A stretch of DNA of 62,785 nucleotides from positions 1-62,785 of IMG/VR virus record IMGVR_UViG_3300035128_000038. One strand, written 5' to 3'. Numbering within the stretch: the first letter of the stretch is position 1; every line of letters begins with the position of its first letter. The notes below the pieces were generated by a model. It saw nothing but the letters and a program-made list of their open reading frames with translations. It had not been told where the DNA came from and did no database searches. This document shows positions 15,955-26,200 of this stretch, one piece after another. The DNA is from a virus (taxonomy: Duplodnaviria; Caudoviricetes). A program made the position numbers and the translations under genes.

Positions 15955-16386
15955 TTAACCATCTTTCTTGTCTGAATACTCCCGGTTGATAATAAACACA
16001 GAATTACGGCCAGCATCCCAATCAACGCTATCTGGCTTAACCTTGTCCCAAACCTTAGTTACAAAAAACCAAACCCAACAAATGCCCCAATGCAGGCCAT
16101 CAAGCAAAATCCTTTGGTGCTCCTGGCTTAGAAGGGCAATGGCCGACCCACGCTGATAACGAAAACGAATACCTTCTTGCAGCCTTTCAACTTCTTCCAA
16201 GTTCTCATCATGCGCCTTCTTTGCCAGCATCGCCATACTAATCCAGTTGGCCCACTGATCTTGTTCTTCATGGGAATATTTTTTTGAATCCATGTGCAAA
16301 ACAAACATAGTGCCATCCCCCATTTGCGGATCATAGGGGGCGGACCTTATGTTACCTTCATAGCGGTATTCATCATCCTTAGCCAT
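15955..16386 (-). CDS. Hypothetical protein
   Basis: ORF overlapping the upstream gene end. Confidence 0.6.
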   Translation of the reverse strand: MAKDDEYRYEGNIRSAPYDPQMGDGTMFVLHMDSKKYSHEEQDQWANWISMAMLAKKAHDENLEEVERLQEGIRFRYQRGSAIALLSQEHQRILLDGLHWGICWVWFFVTKVWDKVKPDSVDWDAGRNSVFIINREYSDKKDG

Positions 16387-16660
16387 AACGCAACCACCTT
16401 TTTAACCATGTCCAGCGCCCTTGAATCGCCATCCTAAGTAAAAAAACCTCATCCCAAATTTCGGCGGCGTGGCGGTTAAATTCGTTATCGTCTTGAGTCA
16501 AAGCCCGAAGCCAGGGCAACATCCATTCCTCAATCTTTTCTTCCAACTCAGATATTAAAAACTCATCGTGTTGGCCAGTAATCTGACGTTCTTCCCATTC
16601 ACGCCATCTACGGGCCATGACTTTAAGGTCTTGAATTTCTTGTTTATTAGTGCGGCCCAC
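16379..16660 (-). CDS. Hypothetical protein
   Basis: Overlap-coupled ORF. Confidence 0.55.
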   Translation of the reverse strand: MGRTNKQEIQDLKVMARRWREWEERQITGQHDEFLISELEEKIEEWMLPWLRALTQDDNEFNRHAAEIWDEVFLLRMAIQGRWTWLKRWLRYG

Positions 16661-16988
16661 TTTTTACAACCTTGAGGAAAGCCCTCTTATGTTTTGACTC
16701 TACCCGGGCGGGACAATCGGCTCGCTCCGGTAAGTTGGCAAGTTGATACTCTCTAATTTCTTCCCAAACTGGCATCATACTAATAGCCGGTAATACCTTC
16801 TCGCAAAATTTATATATATATTCTGTTAACTTAGGCTGTAATTCCTCTGGAACCATGCCTGGGGTGGTGGTAAATTCTACTTGCCCACCGATGCCATTTT
16901 CGGGAGTAACATGGATAACGAGTCTGTAAGTCTGGGTGCAGCGTTCACCGTCCCAAAAAGCGCAAAGCCAGCATCTTTCATCGGCCAT
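16647..16988 (-). CDS. Hypothetical protein
   Basis: Overlap-coupled ORF, CxxC N-terminus. Confidence 0.6.
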   Translation of the reverse strand: MADERCWLCAFWDGERCTQTYRLVIHVTPENGIGGQVEFTTTPGMVPEELQPKLTEYIYKFCEKVLPAISMMPVWEEIREYQLANLPERADCPARVESKHKRAFLKVVKSGPH

Positions 16989-17211
16989 TTAATTTTCCTT
17001 CGAGTTTGGCAACCCTTTCCTTAAGAGTAGCGTGGCGGTCATTGTAGATTTGTCTCCACTCCGCTCTGGCCTCAGTCTCGTTATCATGCGTTTCCCAGAT
17101 TCTAGTAATGTTTTCGTTAACATACTTAATCCAACCACGGACAAGGAAACTGACAACACCAATAAAAAGAAGGATAATAGTGGTGATAACTGGCAGGTAT
17201 TCGAAAGCCAC
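16978..17211 (-). CDS. Single-TM plus coiled-coil protein (lysis-associated type); start uncertain
   Basis: VITTIILLFIGVVSFLV TM segment; LKERVAKLEG tail. Confidence 0.55.
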   Translation of the reverse strand: MAFEYLPVITTIILLFIGVVSFLVRGWIKYVNENITRIWETHDNETEARAEWRQIYNDRHATLKERVAKLEGKLNGR

Positions 17212-17224
17212 ATGAATTTCCCTC

Positions 17225-17671
17225 TCAGAGTTCAAAGTACCCAGCCTTCTCAATCGAGCCAAAAAACCTATTCACCAGCCGGCCGGGGTTGGTTTTAAGT
17301 TCCATGCAGGTCACCAGGACCACCGCAATCTTCTGGCGTTGCGGATAGGTGTCGATGGCCATGAAAGATTCCGTGAACGGTTGAAATAACAGGAAAGCCC
17401 AGCGGAACCAGCGGATAAGCAACCGTAATAGTTTTTTCTTCCACCAGGACAGGACGATAGGCCCCTCTCCGAATGGCAAATAAACCGTCTCCCCGAAGCC
17501 CCCCTTGCCATCCAGGGGATAGCCCCAGACCACCGGCTCTGCCACAGGCGTCAGGCCTGCCAGGCTCACAAAAGCCTTGATCCGGTAGGCCAGGGATTCC
17601 CGGGGCATTACTCCCCGGCAACTCCAGCCGTACACTTGAATCAGCTTGCCGGTTACTTCGGGGGAGGTCAT
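17225..17671 (-). CDS. S-adenosylmethionine decarboxylase (SpeD)-like proenzyme
   Basis: GG.G.T...TESFMAIDTYP...LVTC resembles the ES(H).S.HT.P...TC signature. Confidence 0.55.
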   Translation of the reverse strand: MTSPEVTGKLIQVYGWSCRGVMPRESLAYRIKAFVSLAGLTPVAEPVVWGYPLDGKGGFGETVYLPFGEGPIVLSWWKKKLLRLLIRWFRWAFLLFQPFTESFMAIDTYPQRQKIAVVLVTCMELKTNPGRLVNRFFGSIEKAGYFEL

Positions 17672-17686
17672 CCATAAAGCCCTCTT

Positions 17687-20110
17687 TTAGGGCACGTTGC
17701 CCACTACGGCCCACGTCCCGGGGGTGCCTGCCGCCGTACAACCCCATATTTGGACATTCCCGCTGGTTAATGCCGTCACTGAGCCATCATTAAAACACCT
17801 ATCCCCGACAATGTGGGCCTTGCTGTATTCCTCAGAAGAGGCGTTTGAGGGGATATAGGAGGCAAAGGAAATCCTATTCCCCCTAATTTCAACAGCATCC
17901 CAATTCTCATCATCGCCGGGAATAACCCCCATGGCGCTTGTACTGCCCACGCCCAGGTAGGGCTCGGCAATATAAAGATCAGCATCGGAAGTATCATCCT
18001 GGCGATAGAGCCAGATTTTCAGGCTGACCGCGGTGCAGTTCTGCCCGATGTAGGCGGAGACGGTAAGCTTTCTCCAGTTGCCCACGTCAGCCGCCACCAT
18101 GGGGGTTGAGCTTTCCTGGGTGCCGTTCCGGTCTATCCCGAACCAGGTAATTTCATTGTCCACCACTGTTCCGGTTAACCCAGGCCACGTCGGTTCATCT
18201 GAATCAGAGTCCCCCCCATCATCGGCCACGATATACTGGACGCTCCCCGGGTCAGTTGCCGGAAGAACCGTATCCCCCCGGACATAAGCGGTACTTCCCG
18301 CCCAGGTTGCCGGTGTGTTAACGATTTGAATCTTGGGGTAATCGTTAAAGGTCTGGCCCGAGGCTATTTTTAGCCAAATAGAAAAAGTTACATATTGCCC
18401 CTGAACCCGTCGGAGTTGGTCAGCCGATAAGGTATATTCGGTGTTTGTATCGGCACTATTCGTAGATAGTTTTGCGCTGTTAGGAGTCCAGTGAACATAG
18501 GTGCTTTCCTGAGCCCAGGTATTTGATGCCCCATAACTCCAGCCAATGGGGCCATTAGAGTCAAACCGATTGAATAGCGCATTGCCTATGATATTCCGCT
18601 GATCCTGGCCCGGAAAATCAAAGACATCGTTAGAATACACATGGTTGTCGTTTCTCTCCGTCACCGGACCATAGTAAACAGTCCCCACTCCATAATCATG
18701 GAATGTGTTGGTGCCATCGGTTTGGATGCCACCCAGGAGAATGTTCAGACACTTAGCATCTATGGTCAAGTCGGTGAAACTGCAATCACTAATTCTAATT
18801 CCCCTTGAGGCGGTTATTTCTGTATCGTGAACACTGTAAAGGTTTCTTAGTTCACCAAACCGGCAGCCGTCCACCTTGGGACCGTAACTATTGCCATCAG
18901 ACATATAGGCATCGTGCAGGGAGAAGTTACGTATCTTGGTGAAAATGACCGGATAAGAGGTGCAGTATTCGTACGTCCCGGTGACCTCATATACTGACAT
19001 CCAATCGCTGCCAGTCACATCCTCAATCTTCAGAGCAGTGGCGGCTTGGGTGGTGCCGTTAGAATGTCTGAAATCTATTTTAAGTGCATTGCTCGCATTA
19101 CCCCCGGAAGTGGCATCAAACAGGAGACCGTTTGCATAAGAATCGCAGGAGGTCAGGTTTCCAGTGCCATAAAAACTCTGGCCTCCGGTAGCCCTGATGT
19201 GACCATTGACGGTGCCCTGGAACCAGGCTGCCCATTGGGTAGCTCCCATATAGAAATGGACTCGATTGAGATCAAGGGTATCAGTGCAGCGAATAAAGTG
19301 GACTCCATAGGTGCAGCAGTTGGCCGGTCCCACAAAGCCTACATCTTCAATTACCAGATTATCAAAGACATAAGAGGCATTGCCAAAGACTATCCCGACG
19401 TTAGCGCCCACGTCGATATAGATGAGGGCCTTGTTGCGATTGTCCCCCTTGAGCCTCCAGCCCATACAGTTGGCGCTCTTGTCGAAGGTGGTGGTGCTGG
19501 TTATCCTCCAGGTCTTCGACCCCAGGTAAAGGGTCTGGTGCGCCCCCATAGACTCAAAGGCTTTTTCAAACTCGTCTGAGTTGTCGGCGGACGTGCCGCT
19601 TGTCGGCCCCCACCAATCAAAGGGGCAGTTTGCGGTAGGGCTCCCAGAAATATCAACGGCTCCGGTTCCGCTCCAGGAAAAGATTTGGTAAGGTCCGGCT
19701 TCGATAGGACCGTTTATTGTCAGGGTCGTGTCGGTGGCAACAGATAGGGTGGCTCCAGCCGGGATTCTCAGGGTGAGGTTGGAGGGAACCGTCAGGTCGT
19801 CAGAGATAGTCCAGGTCGTGGGCTTTAAATACAGAACCCGGTTATTGGAGGAACCGACGCCGGCCACCGCCGCGGCTAGGGTGCCGTAAGTGTCGGCGAC
19901 GTTGACTTCATACCCAACTTTATTAAGAGTGAGAGTCAGACCGTCGGCGGTTTCGGCCGTAAAGGTATCGGTAACGCCGTCCCACCACTTCACATCCTGC
20001 GTGGCAATGAGACGTTTGGTGAACGTGGCGGCGTAGCCGGAGAGATAAAGGCCGGAGATACTGGCGAAGATTACAAGAAGGGAAAGAAGCCAAAGGGTCC
20101 GTTTTTTCAT
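17687..20110 (-). CDS. Tailspike-like beta-helix protein with signal peptide and carbohydrate-binding-like modules
   Basis: MKKRTLWLLSLLVIFASISGLYLSGYAA; pectate-lyase-like entry (DNSDEFEKA...LYLGSKTWRI); WAGSTAYVRGD...EPTWP module; GCTAAGTPGTW C-terminus. Confidence 0.7.
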   Translation of the reverse strand: MKKRTLWLLSLLVIFASISGLYLSGYAATFTKRLIATQDVKWWDGVTDTFTAETADGLTLTLNKVGYEVNVADTYGTLAAAVAGVGSSNNRVLYLKPTTWTISDDLTVPSNLTLRIPAGATLSVATDTTLTINGPIEAGPYQIFSWSGTGAVDISGSPTANCPFDWWGPTSGTSADNSDEFEKAFESMGAHQTLYLGSKTWRITSTTTFDKSANCMGWRLKGDNRNKALIYIDVGANVGIVFGNASYVFDNLVIEDVGFVGPANCCTYGVHFIRCTDTLDLNRVHFYMGATQWAAWFQGTVNGHIRATGGQSFYGTGNLTSCDSYANGLLFDATSGGNASNALKIDFRHSNGTTQAATALKIEDVTGSDWMSVYEVTGTYEYCTSYPVIFTKIRNFSLHDAYMSDGNSYGPKVDGCRFGELRNLYSVHDTEITASRGIRISDCSFTDLTIDAKCLNILLGGIQTDGTNTFHDYGVGTVYYGPVTERNDNHVYSNDVFDFPGQDQRNIIGNALFNRFDSNGPIGWSYGASNTWAQESTYVHWTPNSAKLSTNSADTNTEYTLSADQLRRVQGQYVTFSIWLKIASGQTFNDYPKIQIVNTPATWAGSTAYVRGDTVLPATDPGSVQYIVADDGGDSDSDEPTWPGLTGTVVDNEITWFGIDRNGTQESSTPMVAADVGNWRKLTVSAYIGQNCTAVSLKIWLYRQDDTSDADLYIAEPYLGVGSTSAMGVIPGDDENWDAVEIRGNRISFASYIPSNASSEEYSKAHIVGDRCFNDGSVTALTSGNVQIWGCTAAGTPGTWAVVGNVP

Positions 20111-20213
20111 TCGTCATAAAAGACGTTCATGGACGTTCGCCTCCTTTTTCTGAGATGATGCCTTTCTTGCGGGTAGCAAAAACGGCTAAGAATGTCAAAG
20201 GTTTTGGTGACAT

Positions 20214-23200
20214 CTAAGGCTTTATTGGTATTAGTTTTAGGTTAATTATGCCGCGTCGGGGCGCCTGAATAGGTGGCGTCGATTGGCCGCCATGGCGTCG
20301 CTTCAATATCATCTTCCGTTTAGCAGGTCGGCGTTCTCTCAAGGTCTTTGAGGTAATCGGCGGTATCCAGTTTATCTTGTCTCTCCGGAGACGCAGGTTA
20401 AAATCTCTGATATTTTTAAAGGCCTTCTTGGCCCAATTACTTTCAGGCCCGTGACGCTGGGCGGCGATGCGCCAGGAGTCAATGAGGCGTTGACGTTCCT
20501 CGTTGATTTCCATATCGGTGCGCTGGGCTTCGTACTGGCGCCGGGATTCAGCCTCCTTGGTGGTTCTGAACGTCAATCCCTTGACGATGGCCTGGGGGAG
20601 GCTTAGTTTAATGGGCTTGCCTTCGGCATCCAGGATAGGTTTTCCCCTCCTGGTGGTCATACCCTCGGTGGCCATGCGATAGGCTTTCAGGGGTGCTTTA
20701 AAAACGCTAGGTACTAAATCCTCCAAGGCTCGGTAATAATCTCCTTTGGCTACGTCCTGGCTGACTCTATAAGGGATTCTTACCAGCTCCCCGGGGGCAC
20801 CTATCATATCAAGAGTAAAATTACCGATCTTCTCCGGTAGTCCTTGGCCCTCCCATCTGATGGTTTCAATACCCATGGACCCGGATAGGTCGATACCTAA
20901 AGCGGCTGGCATCCCGTAACGCAGATATTCATAGAAAGGACCGAGTTTCTTTTTGGCTTCGGTGCTGAGATTGACGCCAGTGCGCCGCTGTATCCACTCT
21001 TCTATGTCTTTATATAAAGGCAGGCTGGCCAATCCACCTAACATCAAAAAAGCCAAGAGTCCTTTCATAATCCCCCGGCGCCCCCGGCTGGTTTTACCCA
21101 TCTGCCAATATAAGCGATAGAGGTTGTAGTTATAAGACCGGAAAGTATAGCCAGCCCTGGCAATCTTGGCCGCTTCCCCTCCCCTGGCCCAGGGAGGCAG
21201 GTTCCCCTTGCCATAAACGAAGTGGGCGTTTTTGATAACCCGCTCGGCCAGCTTCATGGCTTCCACATGATCCATGCCCAATTCCTTACCTATGCGGTGG
21301 GCAGTGATGGCCGTGGTTTCCCGGTTAAATATTTCGGCGTTGCCGATAAAAAATTTAGCAGCGTTAGCGAGTTTCTGACCAGCTTTGCCGAATACGCTGG
21401 CAAGTTGGCCCTCATATTCACGGGCTAACTGATCCTCGATGATGCCACGCTTGCGGAAGGAGTCCAGCATCCAGTCCTCTTCCTCACTGACAAACTTTTT
21501 CTTTTTGCCAGCCAGGGCGCGCAACCGGTCCTGGGCCGCCTGGCGCATGACATTGGTAATCTTGACCGAGGACCACTTGCTTACCTGCTGAAGCATGGGT
21601 ACTCCAGCGATATAATTCTGGGTAGGCTGCAGGAGGACTTGACGGGCCACGCCGCCCAGGAAATAGAGGAACAAAAGCCCCCTGGTCTTGTCGGCTATAA
21701 TGTCCATCTTTTCCTGGTTGGCCAGCATGTCGGCCACATACTTGCGCCAGTAATCGGCTTCCCGGGTTCGCATGTCTAATTTACGCAGGGACTTATGAAA
21801 CTCCCGAGAGGCCAGGGCCTTGGTCTTAAAGCCGATATAACCCCGGATGTAGACGAGGGCAGCGCCCAAAGGATCTCTTTTGTCGTAACCAGGTACATCT
21901 TTCCGTTTTTTCCAGTGACGTGCCAGCCCTCTGGCCTTATAAACATCGGCCACCGACTTGAGAATTTCCTTGGTTAACTGCTCATAGGCCACGTCCTCCG
22001 GAAGTTCCATGCGTTGCACCGCGGCCCGAATGATGGCCTCTTCCTGGATGGGGTTGGTGTTGAAGAAAATATCCTCGGGAAGATACTTCATTTCTCCCCA
22101 CCGGAAGTTCTCTGCTGGCAAATCAGGAAATCTTTTTCTTAATTTTTTAATTCTCTGCTGGGCCCGGGCCGACTTGCCGGTCATGGTGGCGAATATATCG
22201 TCAAAAAGCTCAAACCAGACCATCTTGCGCTTACCCTTCGTTCCGTCAGGATTCCAGGTATCTTCCCAGGCTTCCACGAAATATTTACCCTGACGGGGAC
22301 GAGGCCACCAGAATTTACGTTTGCCCCGTTGGCGACGCAACTTATTTATCTCGGCCGCCGGTTGCCCCAATTCCCGCATGAGGTTTTCCAGGTCCTCATC
22401 CTGGATAACATCGAAGATGCGCTTAAAAAGCCTGATATTATTGATGGCGTCCTTATCCAGACCCATCTGCAAGAGGTCTTTATCCGGCAGGTGCTTATTG
22501 ATTTTGTCCATGTGCCATATAGCTTCTTTCCACTTCTCCTGCATTTCCGGGGGGGCCTGGGCATACCAGTTGATGGCCGGCTCGACCTCGCTCATATATT
22601 GTTCAATGCCCATATGCCGGTTTTCTTCCCGGACCTCCTGCACTCGATAAGTATCCCAATGCCCGGAACTCTGGGCTCTCCAGTAAGGCAAATCGGCGTA
22701 CTTGGTCAGTAGGCTGATGTCTTTGTCGGGGAGATCGGCAAAATAAGCCGCTCCCATCTTTTTTAACTTTCTGAGAAGGTTGGTGATTTGGGGGCCGATG
22801 GGATACCCGGCGTAAAATTCTTTGATAGCGTCCATATCCTCATCGTCCACTTCGGGGGCTAATGAGGCCTCGTACTCGGTCATCTTGACTCCCCGGGGGA
22901 CGATGGCGGCTATCTTGGCATCTTTGAATAAACTCTCCAGTACCTCCTCGGCTCGATTAAGCGGAACAAAATATCTGTATTTGTGCTGGATTTTCTCAAT
23001 AAAAACCCCATATTTTTTCAGTTTTTCGTAATCCCAGAAATCTATCTTGTCAATTTCGAGGCGTGGTTCCCCGGCTACCTTAGAGACTTTCAGTTCGTTA
23101 CCATTGGTCAGGCGCACTACATTGTTCTGCTCCATGACCGCGGCCATGGTTTCCTGGGGGGAGAGCTGCTCCACCTTGAGGTTAGCCCCCATCTTTTTCA

Positions 23201-26200
23201 GCACCGCATCCAGCTTGCTATCCGGTATCAGGCGACCCAGGAAGACTTCGCCGTCGTCGGTCTTTACTCGCATTATCCGGGGATGGGTGCCTCGCATCTT
23301 ATCCCAGACGGAGAGAATGGCGCCGCTAATCAGGTGGCGCCGGCGGGTGATGGCCTTGGGGGCCTCGTCAAACTGCTGGACCCAGAGAGGTTGGGCGGCC
23401 ATGCTGTCAACCTTCTCCCATTTTTCTTTATCGTCTAGAGTATCCACCCGGACGTTCTGTTCTGTCCTAGCCGGGGACACAAGGTTACGGACTTGGTAAA
23501 GTTCTCCGCTCCTGGCGTTGGTAATGGTCTTAGGTGGCTTGGCTGCCCAGACCTTACCGGAGGTTTTATTGATAAAGAAAGCCTTGAAATTGCGCTGGGC
23601 CTCGTCCCAGATGACCCGATTGGTGGGGTTGGTTTCGTCCAGGGCGATGTACTTGGCCTGATTGCCTGATTTGGGATCTTCCCATACCACTTCCTCGGCC
23701 GCCTTCTGGATGGAGTCGGCCCGCATGGTTTCCATGCCCACGTCTAAAGTCCCGGCCTCAATAGCCTGCTGAATCTCTTGTTCCAAGAACTCTGAGAAGG
23801 TATCAAATACATTGTTCTGGACATCCGTGGTGAGAACCAGCATCCGGTTAAGAAATTGCCGGATGGGAGGAAGTTGTGATTTAAGAGAACCTGTCTTAGG
23901 GTCCACCAATTTCAAACCGGTCATGTCTTGGAAATCATTCAGGTATATTCCCCGGTCAGACAAACGATTGCGGGCCAGGGCCTCCCAGAACTTCCTCATG
24001 GCCGCGTTGGCCTGGGTATTTTCCAGATTGTCCCGGGCATTGAATAATGCCCCGGAACCAGCTTTGCGGTGTCCCCGGGTCAGGGCCCCCAACTGGTCCA
24101 GACGCCTGGCGATGGTGCTGATAAAGCGTTTGTGTCCATGTAGATTGGTGCAGCAGAGGACGACGTGGGGGGCGCTATCCTGTCCGGAGCGGTGACTCCG
24201 GCCCAGGCCCTGCAGGGCATTGTCGGCCCTCCAACCAGGCTGCAGGACATAATGATAGCGCCGCTTAATTCCTGACTTGGTGGCCGGATCGGCGTGAAAA
24301 CTGCGGCCTGTTCCACCTTTATCGTTAAAAAGGATAATGTCGCGCTTTCCGTCTAAAAATTCATCAGTTTCTTTAAGACCCATCCTGCCAGAGCGTTTTT
24401 CTTCCTTCTTTTTCATGGTGCCAGCCTCTTCGTCATATTTCAGCACCACCCGACGCTTCCGGCCGGTGACTTCTGCCACCCTTTCTGGTCCAAAATGATT
24501 GATAATCTGGTCGATGGGTGATTCAGGCACAGCCAGAATTTCCAGTTTCTGAATCAGAGCATCCCGCATAGCGACCGCTTCTTTGTTCAAGACCGAGTTC
24601 CCCTGGCTATCCTCAACCGCTCTGATTTGTGTGTTGCCATTCTCATCAATATAAGTTTCGTATTGCTGGACAGGGAAACCATTTTTAACGTACTCAATGA
24701 GGTTCTGGCGAGGAGTCAAATCCAGATCGTCCAACGTCTGCCCCTTCTCCATTCGTTCTATTTCCCTGTTCTGCTGGGCTTCATAGGTATTGTAAAATTG
24801 CACTAGGCATGTATTTCCCTCTTCCAGGGCCTTTTCCATGTGGGCGATTATTGATGGGACTTGCAGGCTTCCAAGAACCTGATCGTAAAACCGTAACTCA
24901 GCCCCCCAGAACTGCGACATCTTAGCCGCCCTGTCTCTGCCTTTCACATTGCCGGTTAGTTGTAGAGCTTCTTCCATATTGTGCATTACCAACTGCCAGG
25001 CCTTGGACAGGGCATCATAGGTCTTAGTCTGCTTCTCGGTAAGTTGATGCTCCAGGCGCTCATAGGTCACGGTCAACTTGTCGTTTCCAGGCACTCGGTA
25101 AGCCAACTGGCGAGCCTGATACGATCCTTCGGCTTTGAGATGGTTGGCCACGATCTCCATACCGGCAATCCCGCCGGCAGAGATTTCGTTAACAAACTGA
25201 TCTATGGAATTAAATACGCGTCCCTGGCCCCACAGGCCCAGGCGATCCAAATAGGCCAGGTTAGTTATTTCAGTGGCGCCGGTAGCAGAAACATAGAGTA
25301 CCCTGGCATTGGGGAGGGCCTTACGGAGTTCCCAGCCAGTTATGGCCCGTTGGGATGGCTTCTTGACTCCGAAATTATCCCGCACTTCAAGAAGATTGCC
25401 CATTTTATGACACTCATCAAAGGCAATTACCCCGTCGAAATCCTTGCCCAGCCAGGAAACTAACTGGTCCAGACGACGGTTCAGGATATTATCCTTATCT
25501 TTCCCCTGGGCTTTTAAGGTGTCATAAGAGAGGAAAGCTACACCATTAGTAGCTTGCAAAGGAGAGCCGCTTTTAACCGATGCCACACTGAATATCTTTT
25601 TAGGGTCAAACCCTATGTCTTTGGCATCCCTCTGAGCGTCCTTGAATAAGTCATTGGATGCGCTGACCCAAACTGCTTTCTTCCGGCCCCGGTTCCAGTT
25701 GTCCCAGATAACTGCTGCAATTTCCCGGCCCTTCCCTACTCCGGTTCCATCACCGATGAAGTAGCCACGGCGCACTTGAGACTCTTGACGATCACCTTCT
25801 TCGGATACCGCCACATGGGTAAAGGTTTCATTATGGGCTGCCCCGGCCTGGATAACTGCCAGCAGTTGTGGCCTGGACAGGGCGCCGGAGGTTATAATTT
25901 TCTGGGGAAGTTTGGGAAAGTATTTGGTGGGTGGGGCTTCCACCGCCGACATGGCAGAAGATTCCACCAAGGGTGTGGGGTGCTTCTTGGCCCCCTTTAT
26001 TGTAATGGGGGCTTGATATTCTTCAAAGATTTCGTCGGTAAACTCTTTCTTTTGCGGCTGGGCCTGGGAGATTTCCTTGTCTTGGATGTAATCTACGGCA
26101 TCTTCTTTGCCGATGTCAGCCGGTCCTGCACTTGTCCCAATATCTCCAGGGCCAGAGATTCGGGGCTCTTGAACTGGCTTAGGCGCCAGGACCTCAACTC

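Noticed and set aside
20175-20198. Internal promoter upstream of the 807-aa spike gene
   Set aside because: TTGACA is present but the -10 candidate (TACCCG) is poor
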